Virus record (IMG/VR): IMGVR_UViG_3300028569_002824
Span: 1-64,000 of that record
Direction: 5' to 3' (one strand)
DNA length: 64,000 nucleotides
DNA from: a virus
The notes beneath the pieces were generated by a model, which had not been told where the DNA came from, did no database searches, and saw only the letters and a list, made by a program, of their open reading frames with translations. The position numbers and the translations under genes are program-made. Below, in pieces: positions 20,522 to 32,967 of the stretch. The number at the start of each line of letters is the position of its first letter. Position 1 is the stretch's first letter.

Positions 20522-20544
20522 ATAGTGTGTAATATTATATTATT

Positions 20545-22215
<1,671 letters not shown>

Positions 22216-22512
22216 TTAGTTAATAATGCCAAGAATGTTATTTTCGCTTGTGATCGTAAAGGTTTCCCCCTCGACACAAACTTCGGTTCCGCTGTGTTTG
22301 GAAATGATTACTCTATCTCCAACTTTTACCGTGAACTCAACAATGTTATTATTAGAGTCACGTTTGCCAGTACCTAAAGCTATTACTTGAGCTTCTTGTG
22401 GTTTTTCTCTTGCGGAATCAGGAATGATAATTCCGCCCTTTGTTGTGTCACTCTCAGGCAGTGGCTTAAGAAGCACACGATCATCAAGTGGTTTAATATT
22501 AGGTGTTATCAT
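22216..22512 (-). CDS. groES: Co-chaperonin GroES
   Basis: [30 protein letters not shown]. Confidence 0.97.
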   Translation of the reverse strand: MITPNIKPLDDRVLLKPLPESDTTKGGIIIPDSAREKPQEAQVIALGTGKRDSNNNIVEFTVKVGDRVIISKHSGTEVCVEGETFTITSENNILGIIN

Positions 22513-22550
22513 ATATTTTGTTTATTTGTTTGTTTGGGTTATTGGAGTTG

Positions 22551-24434
22551 TCACTTGACAACTTCAAAATCTGCGTCTACGACGTCTTCGTCGGTTTTAG
22601 TTTGAGTAGTAGAGGATTCAGAAGAAGCAGCTTGATATGCAACAGATATTGCTTCTTGAATCTTTGATTGAAGTACGTCATGTGATGTCTTAATAAGATC
22701 AATATCATCACCTTTTAGTGCCTCTGAAACTTTTGAAGATGCATCTTTAATAGATGATTTTACATCCTCAGGAATTTTATCTCCGATGTCTGCTAGCTGT
22801 TTCTCGCTTTGATATATTAGATTATCAGCACTGTTACGAAGCTCAATAGCTTCTTTGGATTTACGATCTTCTTCAGCGTGAGCTTCAGCTTCCTTTTGCA
22901 TGCGTTCAACCTCTTCGTTACTCAACCCACTAGATCCAGTAATTGATATTTTTTGCTCTTTTCCACTACCGAGATCCTTGGCCGACACACGTAAAATGCC
23001 ATTTGCATCAATATCAAACGTAACTTCAATTTGTGGAACTCCTCTAGGAGCTGAAGGAATGCCGTCCAAATGAAAGGTTCCGAGACTCTTGTTGTCTCTG
23101 CTGAGAGGACGCTCACCCTGAATTACCTTAATTTCAACACCAGGTTGGTTGTCAGCATAGGTAGAGAAAATGTTAGATTTTCTCGACGGAATAGTAGTGT
23201 TTCGTGGAATCATCGGTGTAGCAACTCCACCAGCTGTCTCTATAGCTAAAGTCAATGGGGTTACATCTAACAGCAGAACATCCTTTACGTCACCTCTGAG
23301 AACTCCACCTTGAACTGCAGCACCGATCGCTACAACTTCGTCAGGATTGACTCCTTTATTCGGCTCCTTGCCAATAAGATCACGAGCAGTATTAATAACT
23401 CTTGGCATGCGTGTCATCCCACCAACTAGTACGAGCTCGCTTATATCCCCAACATTTAATTTAGCGTCTTTAAGACAATCTCGTACAGGAACAGTCGTGC
23501 GTTCAAATAATCCATCGGTAATTTGCTCTAATTTAGATCTACTAAGTTTCTTTTGAATGTGCTTGGGTCCTGTTGAATCAGCAGTAATAAACGGTAAATT
23601 TATTTCGTACTCCTGTGCAGAAGAAAGTGCAATTTTAGCCTTTTCTCCTTCTTCTTTAATTCGTTGAATGGCATCTGATTGTGTGGATAAATTAATTCCA
23701 ACATCTGTCTGAAATTCTGAAATAATCCATTCGACTATTTTGTTGTCCCAGTCATCTCCACCCAAATGTGTATCACCATTCGTAGAAAGCACTTCAAACA
23801 CCCCTTCGTTAATTTCAAGAGCAGAAATATCAAAAGTGCCGCCACCCAAATCATAAACTACAATCTTTTCATCCTTTTTGGCGTCCAAGCCGTACGCCAA
23901 TGCTGCTGCAGTAGGTTCATTGATTATACGTTTTACGTCAAGCCCAGCAATTTTTCCTGCGTCTTTAGTAGCACTTCTTTGAGAGTCATTAAAGTAGGCT
24001 GGCACAGTGATGACAGCTTCTGTGACAGGTTCACCTAATTTAGCTTCTGCATCAGATTTAAGTTTAGACAAAATCATTGCTGATATTTCTGGTGGAGAAA
24101 ACACCTTATCTTCATCGTTGACTGTAACTTGAATGTGAGCGTCACCATTCGCTGCTCTAACAACTTTGTATGGAACCTTTTTAATCTCATCTGTTACTTC
24201 ATCAAATTTCATTCCCATGAATCGTTTGACAGAATATATTGTGTTAGATGGATTAGTAACGGCTTGTCTTTTAGCAGCCTGTCCAACAAGCCGCTCTCCA
24301 GCTTTTGTAAAAGCAACTACCGAGGGAGTAGTTCTTGCTCCTTCTGAGTTTTCCAACACTGATGGCTGATCCCCGTCAATTACTGCTACGCATGAATTTG
24401 TAGTACCTAAATCAATTCCGATAATTTTTCCCAT
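22551..24434 (-). CDS. dnaK: Chaperone DnaK (Hsp70)
   Basis: [33 protein letters not shown]. Confidence 0.99.
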   Translation of the reverse strand: MGKIIGIDLGTTNSCVAVIDGDQPSVLENSEGARTTPSVVAFTKAGERLVGQAAKRQAVTNPSNTIYSVKRFMGMKFDEVTDEIKKVPYKVVRAANGDAHIQVTVNDEDKVFSPPEISAMILSKLKSDAEAKLGEPVTEAVITVPAYFNDSQRSATKDAGKIAGLDVKRIINEPTAAALAYGLDAKKDEKIVVYDLGGGTFDISALEINEGVFEVLSTNGDTHLGGDDWDNKIVEWIISEFQTDVGINLSTQSDAIQRIKEEGEKAKIALSSAQEYEINLPFITADSTGPKHIQKKLSRSKLEQITDGLFERTTVPVRDCLKDAKLNVGDISELVLVGGMTRMPRVINTARDLIGKEPNKGVNPDEVVAIGAAVQGGVLRGDVKDVLLLDVTPLTLAIETAGGVATPMIPRNTTIPSRKSNIFSTYADNQPGVEIKVIQGERPLSRDNKSLGTFHLDGIPSAPRGVPQIEVTFDIDANGILRVSAKDLGSGKEQKISITGSSGLSNEEVERMQKEAEAHAEEDRKSKEAIELRNSADNLIYQSEKQLADIGDKIPEDVKSSIKDASSKVSEALKGDDIDLIKTSHDVLQSKIQEAISVAYQAASSESSTTQTKTDEDVVDADFEVVK

Positions 24435-24451
24435 AGTTAAAAATATAAATA

Positions 24452-25393
24452 TTACAGATCAGCGAGAAGTTTCTTCAATGCTTCGTCGGTGGATTCATCC
24501 GTTTCGTTAACAACCTCTTTAGCAGCTACGTTGACTTTTGGTTGAGGAATTTCACCAAAAACTGTTTCGATCATTTCTGCAGACCGTTTAACAGCGTCTG
24601 GCTTTTCGTGCCTAATCGAGGTATAATCATCATCGGGATCTACAGATGATCCCGTAGTTAAATTGAAGAAATGTTCGTCAAGCAATCGCTGCATCTCTGC
24701 TGATGTGGTTTGCTTGTTTAGTGACTTGAGATCGTGGACTGAACTGTATATTTGCTCAATTTGTGCTTCAGATACTCCAGCACTACTCGGTGCAAGGAAT
24801 TTTGAAGAAGCATACGTTACATACTGTTTAGATCCCTTGTTTGCACCAGTTCTACTTTCACATTTAATCCTAAGTGTTGCTCCATTAGCAACATCAAAAA
24901 CTTTTTCTACACCGAACTCATCGGAATCTTCTCCTGTTAGTGCTCCTTCAATAATTTTAGTTAATTCTTTTCCGTAACGGAGAATCTTTACTTTCCCTTC
25001 GTTCTCTGGTGTTGTTGGATCTGAAATTACATAAACGTTTACCAACCAACCTTCTTTACGAGACAGCACAGCTGCAGCCATTTTTTCTGACTCCGAGCCT
25101 GTCCTGTAAGTTTTGAGATAGTAAGCATCAATTGGACAAGTCTCCCCAAAAGTAGTAGGACACAATGCTGTGACAAACTTGCCTGTGGAATTTGATGTCC
25201 AAGCATGATTGTAGTAATGAAAGATTGTTTCCTTTGGAGCATTTGGATTAGGAACCAAACGAACTTGGTATGAATTTCCGGGAACAAATTTCAGTACCTC
25301 TTTATATAGACCATTACCTCCACCTGTATCCTTCTCAGACGTAAGTGAGGTTTTGATTGCATCAAACATTGATTTAGTGTTAATATTACTCAT
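24452..25393 (-). CDS. Single-stranded DNA-binding protein (T4 gp32-like)
   Basis: [29 protein letters not shown], acidic tail. Confidence 0.9.
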   Translation of the reverse strand: MSNINTKSMFDAIKTSLTSEKDTGGGNGLYKEVLKFVPGNSYQVRLVPNPNAPKETIFHYYNHAWTSNSTGKFVTALCPTTFGETCPIDAYYLKTYRTGSESEKMAAAVLSRKEGWLVNVYVISDPTTPENEGKVKILRYGKELTKIIEGALTGEDSDEFGVEKVFDVANGATLRIKCESRTGANKGSKQYVTYASSKFLAPSSAGVSEAQIEQIYSSVHDLKSLNKQTTSAEMQRLLDEHFFNLTTGSSVDPDDDYTSIRHEKPDAVKRSAEMIETVFGEIPQPKVNVAAKEVVNETDESTDEALKKLLADL

Positions 25394-25403
25394 AATTTCG
25401 ATT

Positions 25404-26084
25404 TCAGGATATACTGTTTTTAACGGTAGTCAACTCTCTTTGAATAAAATTTTCTAAGACAGGAAACGCTTTTTTGAGGTATGGCTTAACCTTAGTTGAA
25501 TTGTTATATAGATTATGCAAACTTTTGAACTGACCAATAAAATCGCTAACAAAAAATCTCTGAACATCCTCTGTGAATGTTTGCATTGAAGAAAAAATAT
25601 TAGGAAATTCAAACATCACGTACAAATTTATTTTGTTTTGCTTATAATGAGTCATCCAACTAAATAAATCAGAGGTCTGATGAGTTGAATATTGATGCAA
25701 TAAAATATTGTTTGATATACAAAATTTAGAAATAAAAGCTAGCGATTCTTTTATGTGGTCTAACTGACTGTCAGGATCTTGTAAGAATATTTGCTTTTTA
25801 TATGTAGTATAGGCTTTTACTGCTCTCATTGAAGAGAAGTAATCTAGCCCAAAATAATTCACGTCGGGATACAATTTATACGGTGCTTGAAAAAAAGTTT
25901 CTGGAAGTATTTCGGGATGCTTTTGAAACAACACAGACAAACGCTTTAAGAATTTATGCTTGTCTGTATCGCAAATATCCGAAAAGTCTTTTTTAAGACG
26001 AAATGGTTTACCACCATTTGATCTAGTGACAGCCAAATGTTTATTGTAGAGATGCTTTTCGAGTTCCGTTAGTTGATTTGCCAT
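25404..26084 (-). CDS. Hypothetical protein (position matches T4 gp59 helicase loader)
   Basis: 226 aa, directly upstream of gp32; no diagnostic motif. Confidence 0.5.
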   Translation of the reverse strand: MANQLTELEKHLYNKHLAVTRSNGGKPFRLKKDFSDICDTDKHKFLKRLSVLFQKHPEILPETFFQAPYKLYPDVNYFGLDYFSSMRAVKAYTTYKKQIFLQDPDSQLDHIKESLAFISKFCISNNILLHQYSTHQTSDLFSWMTHYKQNKINLYVMFEFPNIFSSMQTFTEDVQRFFVSDFIGQFKSLHNLYNNSTKVKPYLKKAFPVLENFIQRELTTVKNSIS

Positions 26085-26385
26085 TAATTTGTCTTAGTGC
26101 AGACTTTGTAAATTTAGATTTTACAAGAGTTGGGTATAAAAACAACAATGAAAGAAGAGCGTCTTTAAAATTAACAGAAGATGTAATTTCAGTAAAAAAT
26201 TCTCGATAATCTTTACTCTCTAATAGCAACACAAACAAAAATGTAGAATTAATTTTTTTATTTTCTAACATCGAAATAAGAGCTCCTGCTTTATGCAATC
26301 CCACAATAAATTCTTTTGCGTTTATTAATTCGGTTGGAGATGCTGATGACATGTTACTATCAGAGAAGATTGAAGATACCATCAA
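26041..26385 (-). CDS. Hypothetical protein
   Basis: 114-aa ORF in the operon. Confidence 0.55.
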   Translation of the reverse strand: MMVSSIFSDSNMSSASPTELINAKEFIVGLHKAGALISMLENKKINSTFLFVLLLESKDYREFFTEITSSVNFKDALLSLLFLYPTLVKSKFTKSALRQINGKSTNGTRKASLQ

Positions 26386-26400
26386 TTTAATTAAGCTGAA

Positions 26401-27285
26401 TTATGATTGTCTCAACAATTTAGTAAACTCTATGAATTCGTCTGTTAAATTTCCTCCTGCTGCTGATTCGTGTCCTCCTCCTGAAGCAATGCGTTGAACA
26501 AATTTAGAGACATCAATTTTATCGTTTGTGTTACTTCTTCTCACAGCAATTCTCTTTTGTTCAACCATTACTGCAATTGCTACGTCTACTGAATATTTAG
26601 TAAACAAAAAGTCACAACACTCCTGAACAAATTTGTCGCAAAATACAGCTCCAACCCTAACATCTTTAATGCCATTAAATTCAATGTTCCCAAAAAAGGG
26701 ATTTGCTTGCTTTATATATTCAGAACAATGTTTTTTGTATAGTTGTATTGTGTTTGTTTTAAACTTATCAAAAGGACCAAACCCATTATAGTAATCGTCT
26801 ACAAACGAGTTAAATTTATTTGACATCGAATGATACACAATATTTAAGCTCTCTGATAATGGAGTAGCTTTTGTGTTTGAGTCCCAATCATCAGCTAGTG
26901 CAATAAGCGTTTTTTGAGCATTTGAAATTTTTTTGCCAGTTTCTTTAAAAAACGTATCGTATATTAATTTAGCACAACTTGTCTCATTGTAAATACGAAC
27001 TATTGCATTTTTAAATGGATATATGTTTGTTTTGTGGTGATCTAAAACAACGGTTGATTTCTGATCAATTTTTTCCCCGATTTTTGAAACATCTAAATCC
27101 AAAAAATACAATTTGTCCCACGTTTTTCCAGAAGCAACAAGTCTATCAAAATCTTGCTCGAGTTTCATTGGAGTAGTTCCAACAACATCTAATTTTTTTC
27201 CATAAAGCCAGCAGAGAACCAGATAGCTTACCACACCATCTAGATCAGTATGTGTTACCACTTGTATTTTTTGTGAATTATTCAT
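26401..27285 (-). CDS. DHH/DHHA1 phosphoesterase
   Basis: THTDLDG, LDL, DHH, GGGHESAAG. Confidence 0.9.
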   Translation of the reverse strand: MNNSQKIQVVTHTDLDGVVSYLVLCWLYGKKLDVVGTTPMKLEQDFDRLVASGKTWDKLYFLDLDVSKIGEKIDQKSTVVLDHHKTNIYPFKNAIVRIYNETSCAKLIYDTFFKETGKKISNAQKTLIALADDWDSNTKATPLSESLNIVYHSMSNKFNSFVDDYYNGFGPFDKFKTNTIQLYKKHCSEYIKQANPFFGNIEFNGIKDVRVGAVFCDKFVQECCDFLFTKYSVDVAIAVMVEQKRIAVRRSNTNDKIDVSKFVQRIASGGGHESAAGGNLTDEFIEFTKLLRQS

Positions 27286-27805
27286 CAGACAAGCTGTTTA
27301 GGACTTCTTCAGCATTTTTTACAGTGTCTTCAGTAGAATCTCCGTCTGACTCAAAATAGTCTGAGTTAGTCTCTTTCAGAGTCAATGTATTATAATTACA
27401 TTTAAACGCTGCAGTTCCGAAGTTGGGACCAAAGCGATTTTTCTGCATCCCCATGTTCATGATTCCCAATTCTCTATCCTCCTCTTCTTGCCACAAAGAA
27501 CAAATCACATCACAAGTTGCAGCAAGACCAATTGAGTTTTTAGTTAAAATCCCATTACAATAAAACAAACTATCCCCAGTAACCGAAATGTCTATTGTCT
27601 CCCTTTCTCCAATATATTCTATTTCAACTATTTCATCATTGTAACAAATTAAACTGTCACTGATTTTTGTTTTTTCTTCTTGTTCTTCAAAAAGCTTGGT
27701 AACTACCTCCATATACTTCTCATCGGAAGTTTCTCTGTCGGTCATTCCCAAAAGTTTCATGAATTCGACTCGTTTCGAGATGAAGTTTAATATGTTTTGG
27801 TTCAT
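27278..27805 (-). CDS. Split-intein C fragment (90 aa) fused to the C-extein of the gp41/DnaB helicase (85 aa)
   Basis: DEIVEIEYIGERETIDISVTGDSLFYCNGILTKN|SIGLAATCD...KNRFG; junction at 27536/27535. Confidence 0.92.
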   Translation of the reverse strand: MNQNILNFISKRVEFMKLLGMTDRETSDEKYMEVVTKLFEEQEEKTKISDSLICYNDEIVEIEYIGERETIDISVTGDSLFYCNGILTKNSIGLAATCDVICSLWQEEEDRELGIMNMGMQKNRFGPNFGTAAFKCNYNTLTLKETNSDYFESDGDSTEDTVKNAEEVLNSLSDE

Positions 27806-28908
27806 TTTAAAATTAATTTTTTTAGATAGCTAACGTCTGGTAGATTATCTGACCAAACATAAAGAATGTCAAACCCTATTTTGGATGCAACACTTTTTTT
27901 GTTTTTATCTCGTTCGTGTGAATCTTCGTATTTTACCATTGGATTTTTCCATTCTTCTTTATTTCTAGCGTGCCAAAATGGATCATTATATTCTATTATT
28001 ATTTTTTTTGACTTTATAACAAAATCAAAAGCGTAATTTTTGTTTGTTTCTTTATCAAAGGTAGTAAATTCTCTTTTATTTCCAATACCCCAAATTATAT
28101 CCTCTTTGGCAATTCCGTTTTTTCTTAATGCTTTATATAAAGGTTTAAAGTATTTTATTGAAGCTTTTGACACGTAACCATTTAATACAATCGAACCGTA
28201 TTTTTCAATTTTTGTGTCTCTTTGTTTTTTATAACACTTTTGATGTTTTTCTTTACCAACTTTTTCTCCATGTCTTTCAATAAAACTTTCCAACGTATGT
28301 GATGGAGGTATGTATTTTTTAATCTGTTTTGTTGCTTCCTCAACAGAATATCCCTTTTGAATCCAATAGTCCAAAGCTCTTCTTTTTTGTTTTGTTTCTG
28401 ATACGTTTTGATATTTTTTTCTTTTTTTGTCTAAATCTTTAGAAAGAGCTATCAATGAGGCAGCATTACCTTTTTTGCTTAATTCTGCATAATGTTCTTT
28501 TTTTTGTTTTTCTGCTTCTTCTAACGTCAACCCTTTGTTGAGCCAAAATTCGATTTTGCCAAAAGAAATTTTAGTTTTAGCTTTGTCTTTTAATAAATTA
28601 GAAAACGTTGTGCCTGATCCTTCTCCGTACCTTATATCCAATTGCCTCAACCTTAAAGTGTTAATGTTGTGATATTCTTTAACCAGGCTCTTAAAAACTA
28701 ATTTGTCAACATTTGAATTAGTTTCAAATAAATTATGTAATAGTTTTAATCTGTTTTGGAATTTAGATTGTGTTAGAGGATACAAATTGAATTCCAAACA
28801 ATACCATTCAAATAGATCATTTAAATAAAAGAATTTTTTGCCCCATCTTTTGAAAAAAAGCTCAAAATCTTTTTTATCGTCGCATTTAATATAGTTTCTT
28901 TTTTGCAT
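27802..28908 (-). mobile_element. Free-standing putative homing endonuclease (Vsr-like/DUF559-type C-terminal nuclease)
   Basis: Repeats FWLNKGLTLEEA / YWIQKGYSVEEA; FDFVIKSKKIIIEYNDPFWH; sits between the two intein halves. Confidence 0.8.
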
Positions 28909-30278
28909 ACTATACTATTTAATCTATCCCCTACTCGAATTCCCTCGACTATAGATATTCTTCCTCTATTTGTTGGAAATTTGTGCTTGTCACTTACAAT
29001 AATCTCCTTGCCAGTTTTAAGCTTAATTCTATAGCAAGGTTTAATTTTTTTGTGATGAACTTGCGTTACGGTTTTAAATCCATCATTAGCTGTCACTTGA
29101 TCTCCAAATTCAATATCTCCTATTCTTTTTTGTGTTCCGTCTCTTAGAGTTACGATCTGATTTACCTCAATGCACTCAGATATTCCTTCCATTCCAGGTG
29201 ACGCTGTATTAAAGCTTCCTCTATTTAACTGAGTAGCTGAAACAATCGGAATATTATATTTAAACGACATTGCCCTTAAATGTTCTGCAATCTCCTTGAC
29301 TGACTCGTACGAATTTAAATTTTTTGCAATCGGGTGTATAAGATTGATATAATCTATCACTACAATATCTGGAACAAACCCCTTGTGTTTTAATTTAGTA
29401 ATAAATGAATCAATTTGTCTGACAGTAACAGTTTTAGGAGGATATTCCTTAACGACGAGCTTGCTGCTAATGTTTTTTCTAATGTGACTTAATTGTTCTT
29501 TGAGCTCCTCAGTGAAAGTTTTAAGATCTCCATGTGGAATTTGAGTAAGCTGAGTACTAATTCGCTTAGAGTACATAAATTCTGACATCTCAAGTGTGAT
29601 TAGTAACACATTTTTATCAGCTAAAAGCATGTTGGTTGAGATGTTTCCTAACACAATTGATTTTCCTACGTTAACTTGCCCAGCAAACACAGTTAGCGTT
29701 TTTGGAAATAAGCCACCTTCTGTTCTGTCGTCAAAAAACTTCCAACCGGTTGGAATTGGGTTATATGTTGTAGTTAAGTCTTTTATATGTTTTTCTACAT
29801 CCTCGAAATACCAGTGACCGAGATTTTCCTTTAATGTAATATTATATGCTTTTTCAAAATCGACTAAAATCTCCTCAATATTGAGTGTTTGCTCTGTAAA
29901 TTTTTCTGCTATATTTACTATAGTCTTGTATACATAACGTTCCTTGAGAAAACGCTCAGTATTTTGTATAAGTTCATCTTTATTGAAAGGACCTTCAAGC
30001 GCGGCTAACTTCGGTTTAATTTCAGATAGTGCTTTTTTATCTTCATCGGAAGTAAGTCTTGCTTTAATTTCTGAAATAGTAGGAACACTTCCCCTTTCCG
30101 TAAAAAAGCTACTTATTTGCTTAATAATTTTACCTATATTTTTGTCATTAAAGTGAGACTGATCAATATACCCTATAATTGAACTTAAATATTCTTGATC
30201 TAAGAATACATTATATAATAAAATATTTTCGAAGAAATCTAAATCTAGTTTTGCTGGTTGAGCGAGTTCTTTAGCCAT
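28821..30278 (-). CDS. gp41/DnaB helicase N-extein (368 aa) fused to the split-intein N fragment
   Basis: GQVNVGKS, ITLEMSE, VIDYIN, SATQLNR, then GISE|CIEVNQIV (Cys at 29174) and block B IIVSDKHKF. Confidence 0.93.
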   Translation of the reverse strand: MAKELAQPAKLDLDFFENILLYNVFLDQEYLSSIIGYIDQSHFNDKNIGKIIKQISSFFTERGSVPTISEIKARLTSDEDKKALSEIKPKLAALEGPFNKDELIQNTERFLKERYVYKTIVNIAEKFTEQTLNIEEILVDFEKAYNITLKENLGHWYFEDVEKHIKDLTTTYNPIPTGWKFFDDRTEGGLFPKTLTVFAGQVNVGKSIVLGNISTNMLLADKNVLLITLEMSEFMYSKRISTQLTQIPHGDLKTFTEELKEQLSHIRKNISSKLVVKEYPPKTVTVRQIDSFITKLKHKGFVPDIVVIDYINLIHPIAKNLNSYESVKEIAEHLRAMSFKYNIPIVSATQLNRGSFNTASPGMEGISECIEVNQIVTLRDGTQKRIGDIEFGDQVTANDGFKTVTQVHHKKIKPCYRIKLKTGKEIIVSDKHKFPTNRGRISIVEGIRVGDRLNSIVCKKETILNATIKKILSFFSKDGAKNSFI

Positions 30279-30298
30279 TAATGTGATAACTGATGCTG

Positions 30299-31093
30299 TT
30301 AGTGTTGATTATTATTGGCATTACAATTGGCCATAATATCCAAACAAGTATCTACATAACCATCTTCCATGTCTACTATATTAAAATCCGTTTCGAATAA
30401 AATAAATGGAGAGTGAGTAGCAATTATAAATTGGATGTTAGTTGATTGCTGTCTCAGTGCTTTAAATAAATTTATCTGTTTTGGAATTGAGAGGGATTTT
30501 TCAGGTTCGTCTAAAATAACAGTCACTTTACCGTTTCTCGGAAGAGACTTAATATAAGAAACTTCCATTTGTTCGTAACTATTATTCTTATTAGGTGTTA
30601 CTGACGTAAAATCTGGTGGAATGTGAGCAGTTTGGATTATTTTATTGAGCACATCTAGTCTAGTTTGACCAGAGGACGGCTTATCCGCCATACGCTGTAA
30701 TTGTTCGGCTTCAGTTGTGAATCCTTCTCGTTTAAGTACGTCAAAATTATAGAACCAAGTTATGTCATCGCTGCTAATTTCTTTATCGTAAAAAAGAGTC
30801 GGGCTTCCATCCCAATGTACTAACGAGTCACATTCTTTAGATGGAGTATAAGCTCTATACACAAAAGGAAACTGGGAGGAGGAGCTTGCCCCGAGCGTTA
30901 AAAAATTTCCAATTTTGCTCCAACCACCATGTTCTATAGCACAGTATGATTTAATACACTTAAGCAGAGTGGATTTTCCACATCCATTGCTACCAAACAA
31001 CACGTTTATTCCATCCGTGAATGTGAATGTTTTATCTTTTAGAGCAGGAAGCGTTGATGCAAAACCATTTAAAATTTTTGCCTTATAAATCAT
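30299..31093 (-). CDS. Standalone ABC-type ATPase
   Basis: GSNGCGKST, SSGQ, ILDEPE, ATHSP. Confidence 0.8.
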   Translation of the reverse strand: MIYKAKILNGFASTLPALKDKTFTFTDGINVLFGSNGCGKSTLLKCIKSYCAIEHGGWSKIGNFLTLGASSSSQFPFVYRAYTPSKECDSLVHWDGSPTLFYDKEISSDDITWFYNFDVLKREGFTTEAEQLQRMADKPSSGQTRLDVLNKIIQTAHIPPDFTSVTPNKNNSYEQMEVSYIKSLPRNGKVTVILDEPEKSLSIPKQINLFKALRQQSTNIQFIIATHSPFILFETDFNIVDMEDGYVDTCLDIMANCNANNNQH

Positions 31094-31101
31094 ACTAAAG
31101 T

Positions 31102-32244
31102 TTATTTGGTTTTGCTGTTGATGACTACATCGTCTGCGTCAATCTCTTCGTTTTCGTCATCATCTTCAGAGAGATCATCGTCTACGTTATCAACAGAAGA
31201 GTTAGCTGCACCATATTTGAGTTCTTCGTTTAGCTTTTGTTCTATTACTGGACAAATTTTTTCCCAAAAACTAGGGTCCTTTTCGATGTTTTTTCTGTAT
31301 CCGAGTTTTTCTCCATTAAATTGATACGTGCTTCCAGTTTGTTCTAAAACTCCAAAAGCAACAGCTAAATCAAATACGCCAGTATTGACATCTAATCCTG
31401 TTCTGAAATTTAGATACAGTTCAGTCTTCAAGAACGGAGGAACAATACGGTTTTTTACTGTCATTGCACTCATTGTTACTCCAGACACATTGTTAGCTAT
31501 TGCTATCGAACTTTCATTCGGATTTTCTGATGTTTTTTCTTGTCTTGTTGCAAGTTGAACTAGAATTGAGGCAAGATAAACTGGCCCTTTTCCTCCTGCC
31601 TGGTTTTTAATAAGACTAGGAAACATCTCCATTCCTTCGTAAATGTGATTTGAAAACAAAATAGGTACACCCGCCTTGGCTGCCTTGTACGTAATCGATC
31701 TCATCATACTCTTAGTTGCTTTTGCTCGCTGACCTACATCAGCTGCATCTTTGCCTTTTCTTGCATCTTCTATTTCCTTTGATGAGGCAAGGTTGCCAAG
31801 AGAGTCAATCGATATAATGAATTTTAATTTCGGATCATTAGCAGCAATAACTGCATCAAGGAACGTGCTGATTTGATTTCTGCAATCCTCAATTGTTTCA
31901 ACAGGATAATATTTGGTTTTTTTTAAATCCATACCAACATTTCTAGCACTATCCTTATCCACTGCAACTTCTGAATCCCAGATTACAGCAATGTATCCCT
32001 TCTTCTGAGCATTAGCCAATATTTTGTTGATAATGAGCGTTTTACCTGCTCCAGATGGACCGGAAAATCCTGTAATACGTCCTACCGGAATTCCTTTATA
32101 TAAGGATCCAGAAATAATAGCGTTTAAAGCCTTTGATCCAGTATCAATCCAGTCAGATGGAGTTGAAATACAATTGTCATCAAGAAGACCGCCGTCTGGA
32201 TTCATCTTGTCTACATCACCAAAAATGTTTTTTAAATTATTCAT
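31102..32244 (-). CDS. uvsX: RecA-like recombinase UvsX
   Basis: DTGS.ALN.IISG, GPSGAGKT, DSE, IDSLGNL, GGKG. Confidence 0.92.
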   Translation of the reverse strand: MNNLKNIFGDVDKMNPDGGLLDDNCISTPSDWIDTGSKALNAIISGSLYKGIPVGRITGFSGPSGAGKTLIINKILANAQKKGYIAVIWDSEVAVDKDSARNVGMDLKKTKYYPVETIEDCRNQISTFLDAVIAANDPKLKFIISIDSLGNLASSKEIEDARKGKDAADVGQRAKATKSMMRSITYKAAKAGVPILFSNHIYEGMEMFPSLIKNQAGGKGPVYLASILVQLATRQEKTSENPNESSIAIANNVSGVTMSAMTVKNRIVPPFLKTELYLNFRTGLDVNTGVFDLAVAFGVLEQTGSTYQFNGEKLGYRKNIEKDPSFWEKICPVIEQKLNEELKYGAANSSVDNVDDDLSEDDDENEEIDADDVVINSKTK

Positions 32245-32286
32245 GTCTTATGTAGTTTCAACCAACTTTAGTTATTATCAACAAAC

Positions 32287-32318
32287 AAAAAAGGAGAGGA
32301 ACTAAAACCTCTCCTTTT
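32287..32318 (-). terminator. Rho-independent terminator
   Basis: Stem aaggagagg/cctctcctt with flanking A/T runs. Confidence 0.8.
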
Positions 32319-32342
32319 CTGGTTTCTTCTGTTTACTTAAAT

Positions 32343-32699
32343 TTATTCTTCATCAAATAGTTTCACTACAGATGGAGACTCGACTGGAGGAGCTTCTTGA
32401 ACAGCAAAGAGCTGATTATATTGAGCGATGAGTTGAGGAGACAAAGATAATCCACTCGTAGTGGTAATATTATTTTTCTTAAAGTGCCAAACCGTAGGAG
32501 ATTGCCTGTCAGCTTGAAACTCTTTAAAGAAAAGAGGAATAATTTGAAGTTGTAGTTGATTGCTTTGTGCATTGGGTTGAATGAGAATTAATGCTGGATT
32601 TTCCACGATTAATTCTTCTGAGGTGTCTTTTTTAGATACACCTAAAATAGTTCTTCCGATATTGTCTAAGAAGATAATTGGAGTTTGTATATTGCTCAT
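32343..32699 (-). CDS. Hypothetical protein (Sm-like pattern common in T4-like phages)
   Basis: RTILG...LIVENPALI...QYNQLF. Confidence 0.6.
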   Translation of the reverse strand: MSNIQTPIIFLDNIGRTILGVSKKDTSEELIVENPALILIQPNAQSNQLQLQIIPLFFKEFQADRQSPTVWHFKKNNITTTSGLSLSPQLIAQYNQLFAVQEAPPVESPSVVKLFDEE

Positions 32700-32701
32700 A
32701 T

Positions 32702-32962
32702 TTAGATACTAAGTTTCTCACAATTTTTTGATAAGGCAACAGATTTAATTAAATGATCAAATACCTTTCCGCCCTTTTGTGTTATCAACAATCTTCCGTC
32801 CGACGTAATCCAAATTAAATCATACATTTCCAGTAGATACACAAACTCTTCTACATTACCAGCATAAAGACAATCATCCAAATAAACATCCTCTTCTGTG
32901 ATAGACTTTAACGTAAGATACATTTCTTTGTAGCTTATATGATTAAAGAGCTGCTCAGCCAT
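32702..32962 (-). CDS. Hypothetical protein
   Basis: 86-aa ORF in the operon. Confidence 0.55.
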   Translation of the reverse strand: MAEQLFNHISYKEMYLTLKSITEEDVYLDDCLYAGNVEEFVYLLEMYDLIWITSDGRLLITQKGGKVFDHLIKSVALSKNCEKLSI

Positions 32963-32967
32963 GGGAG

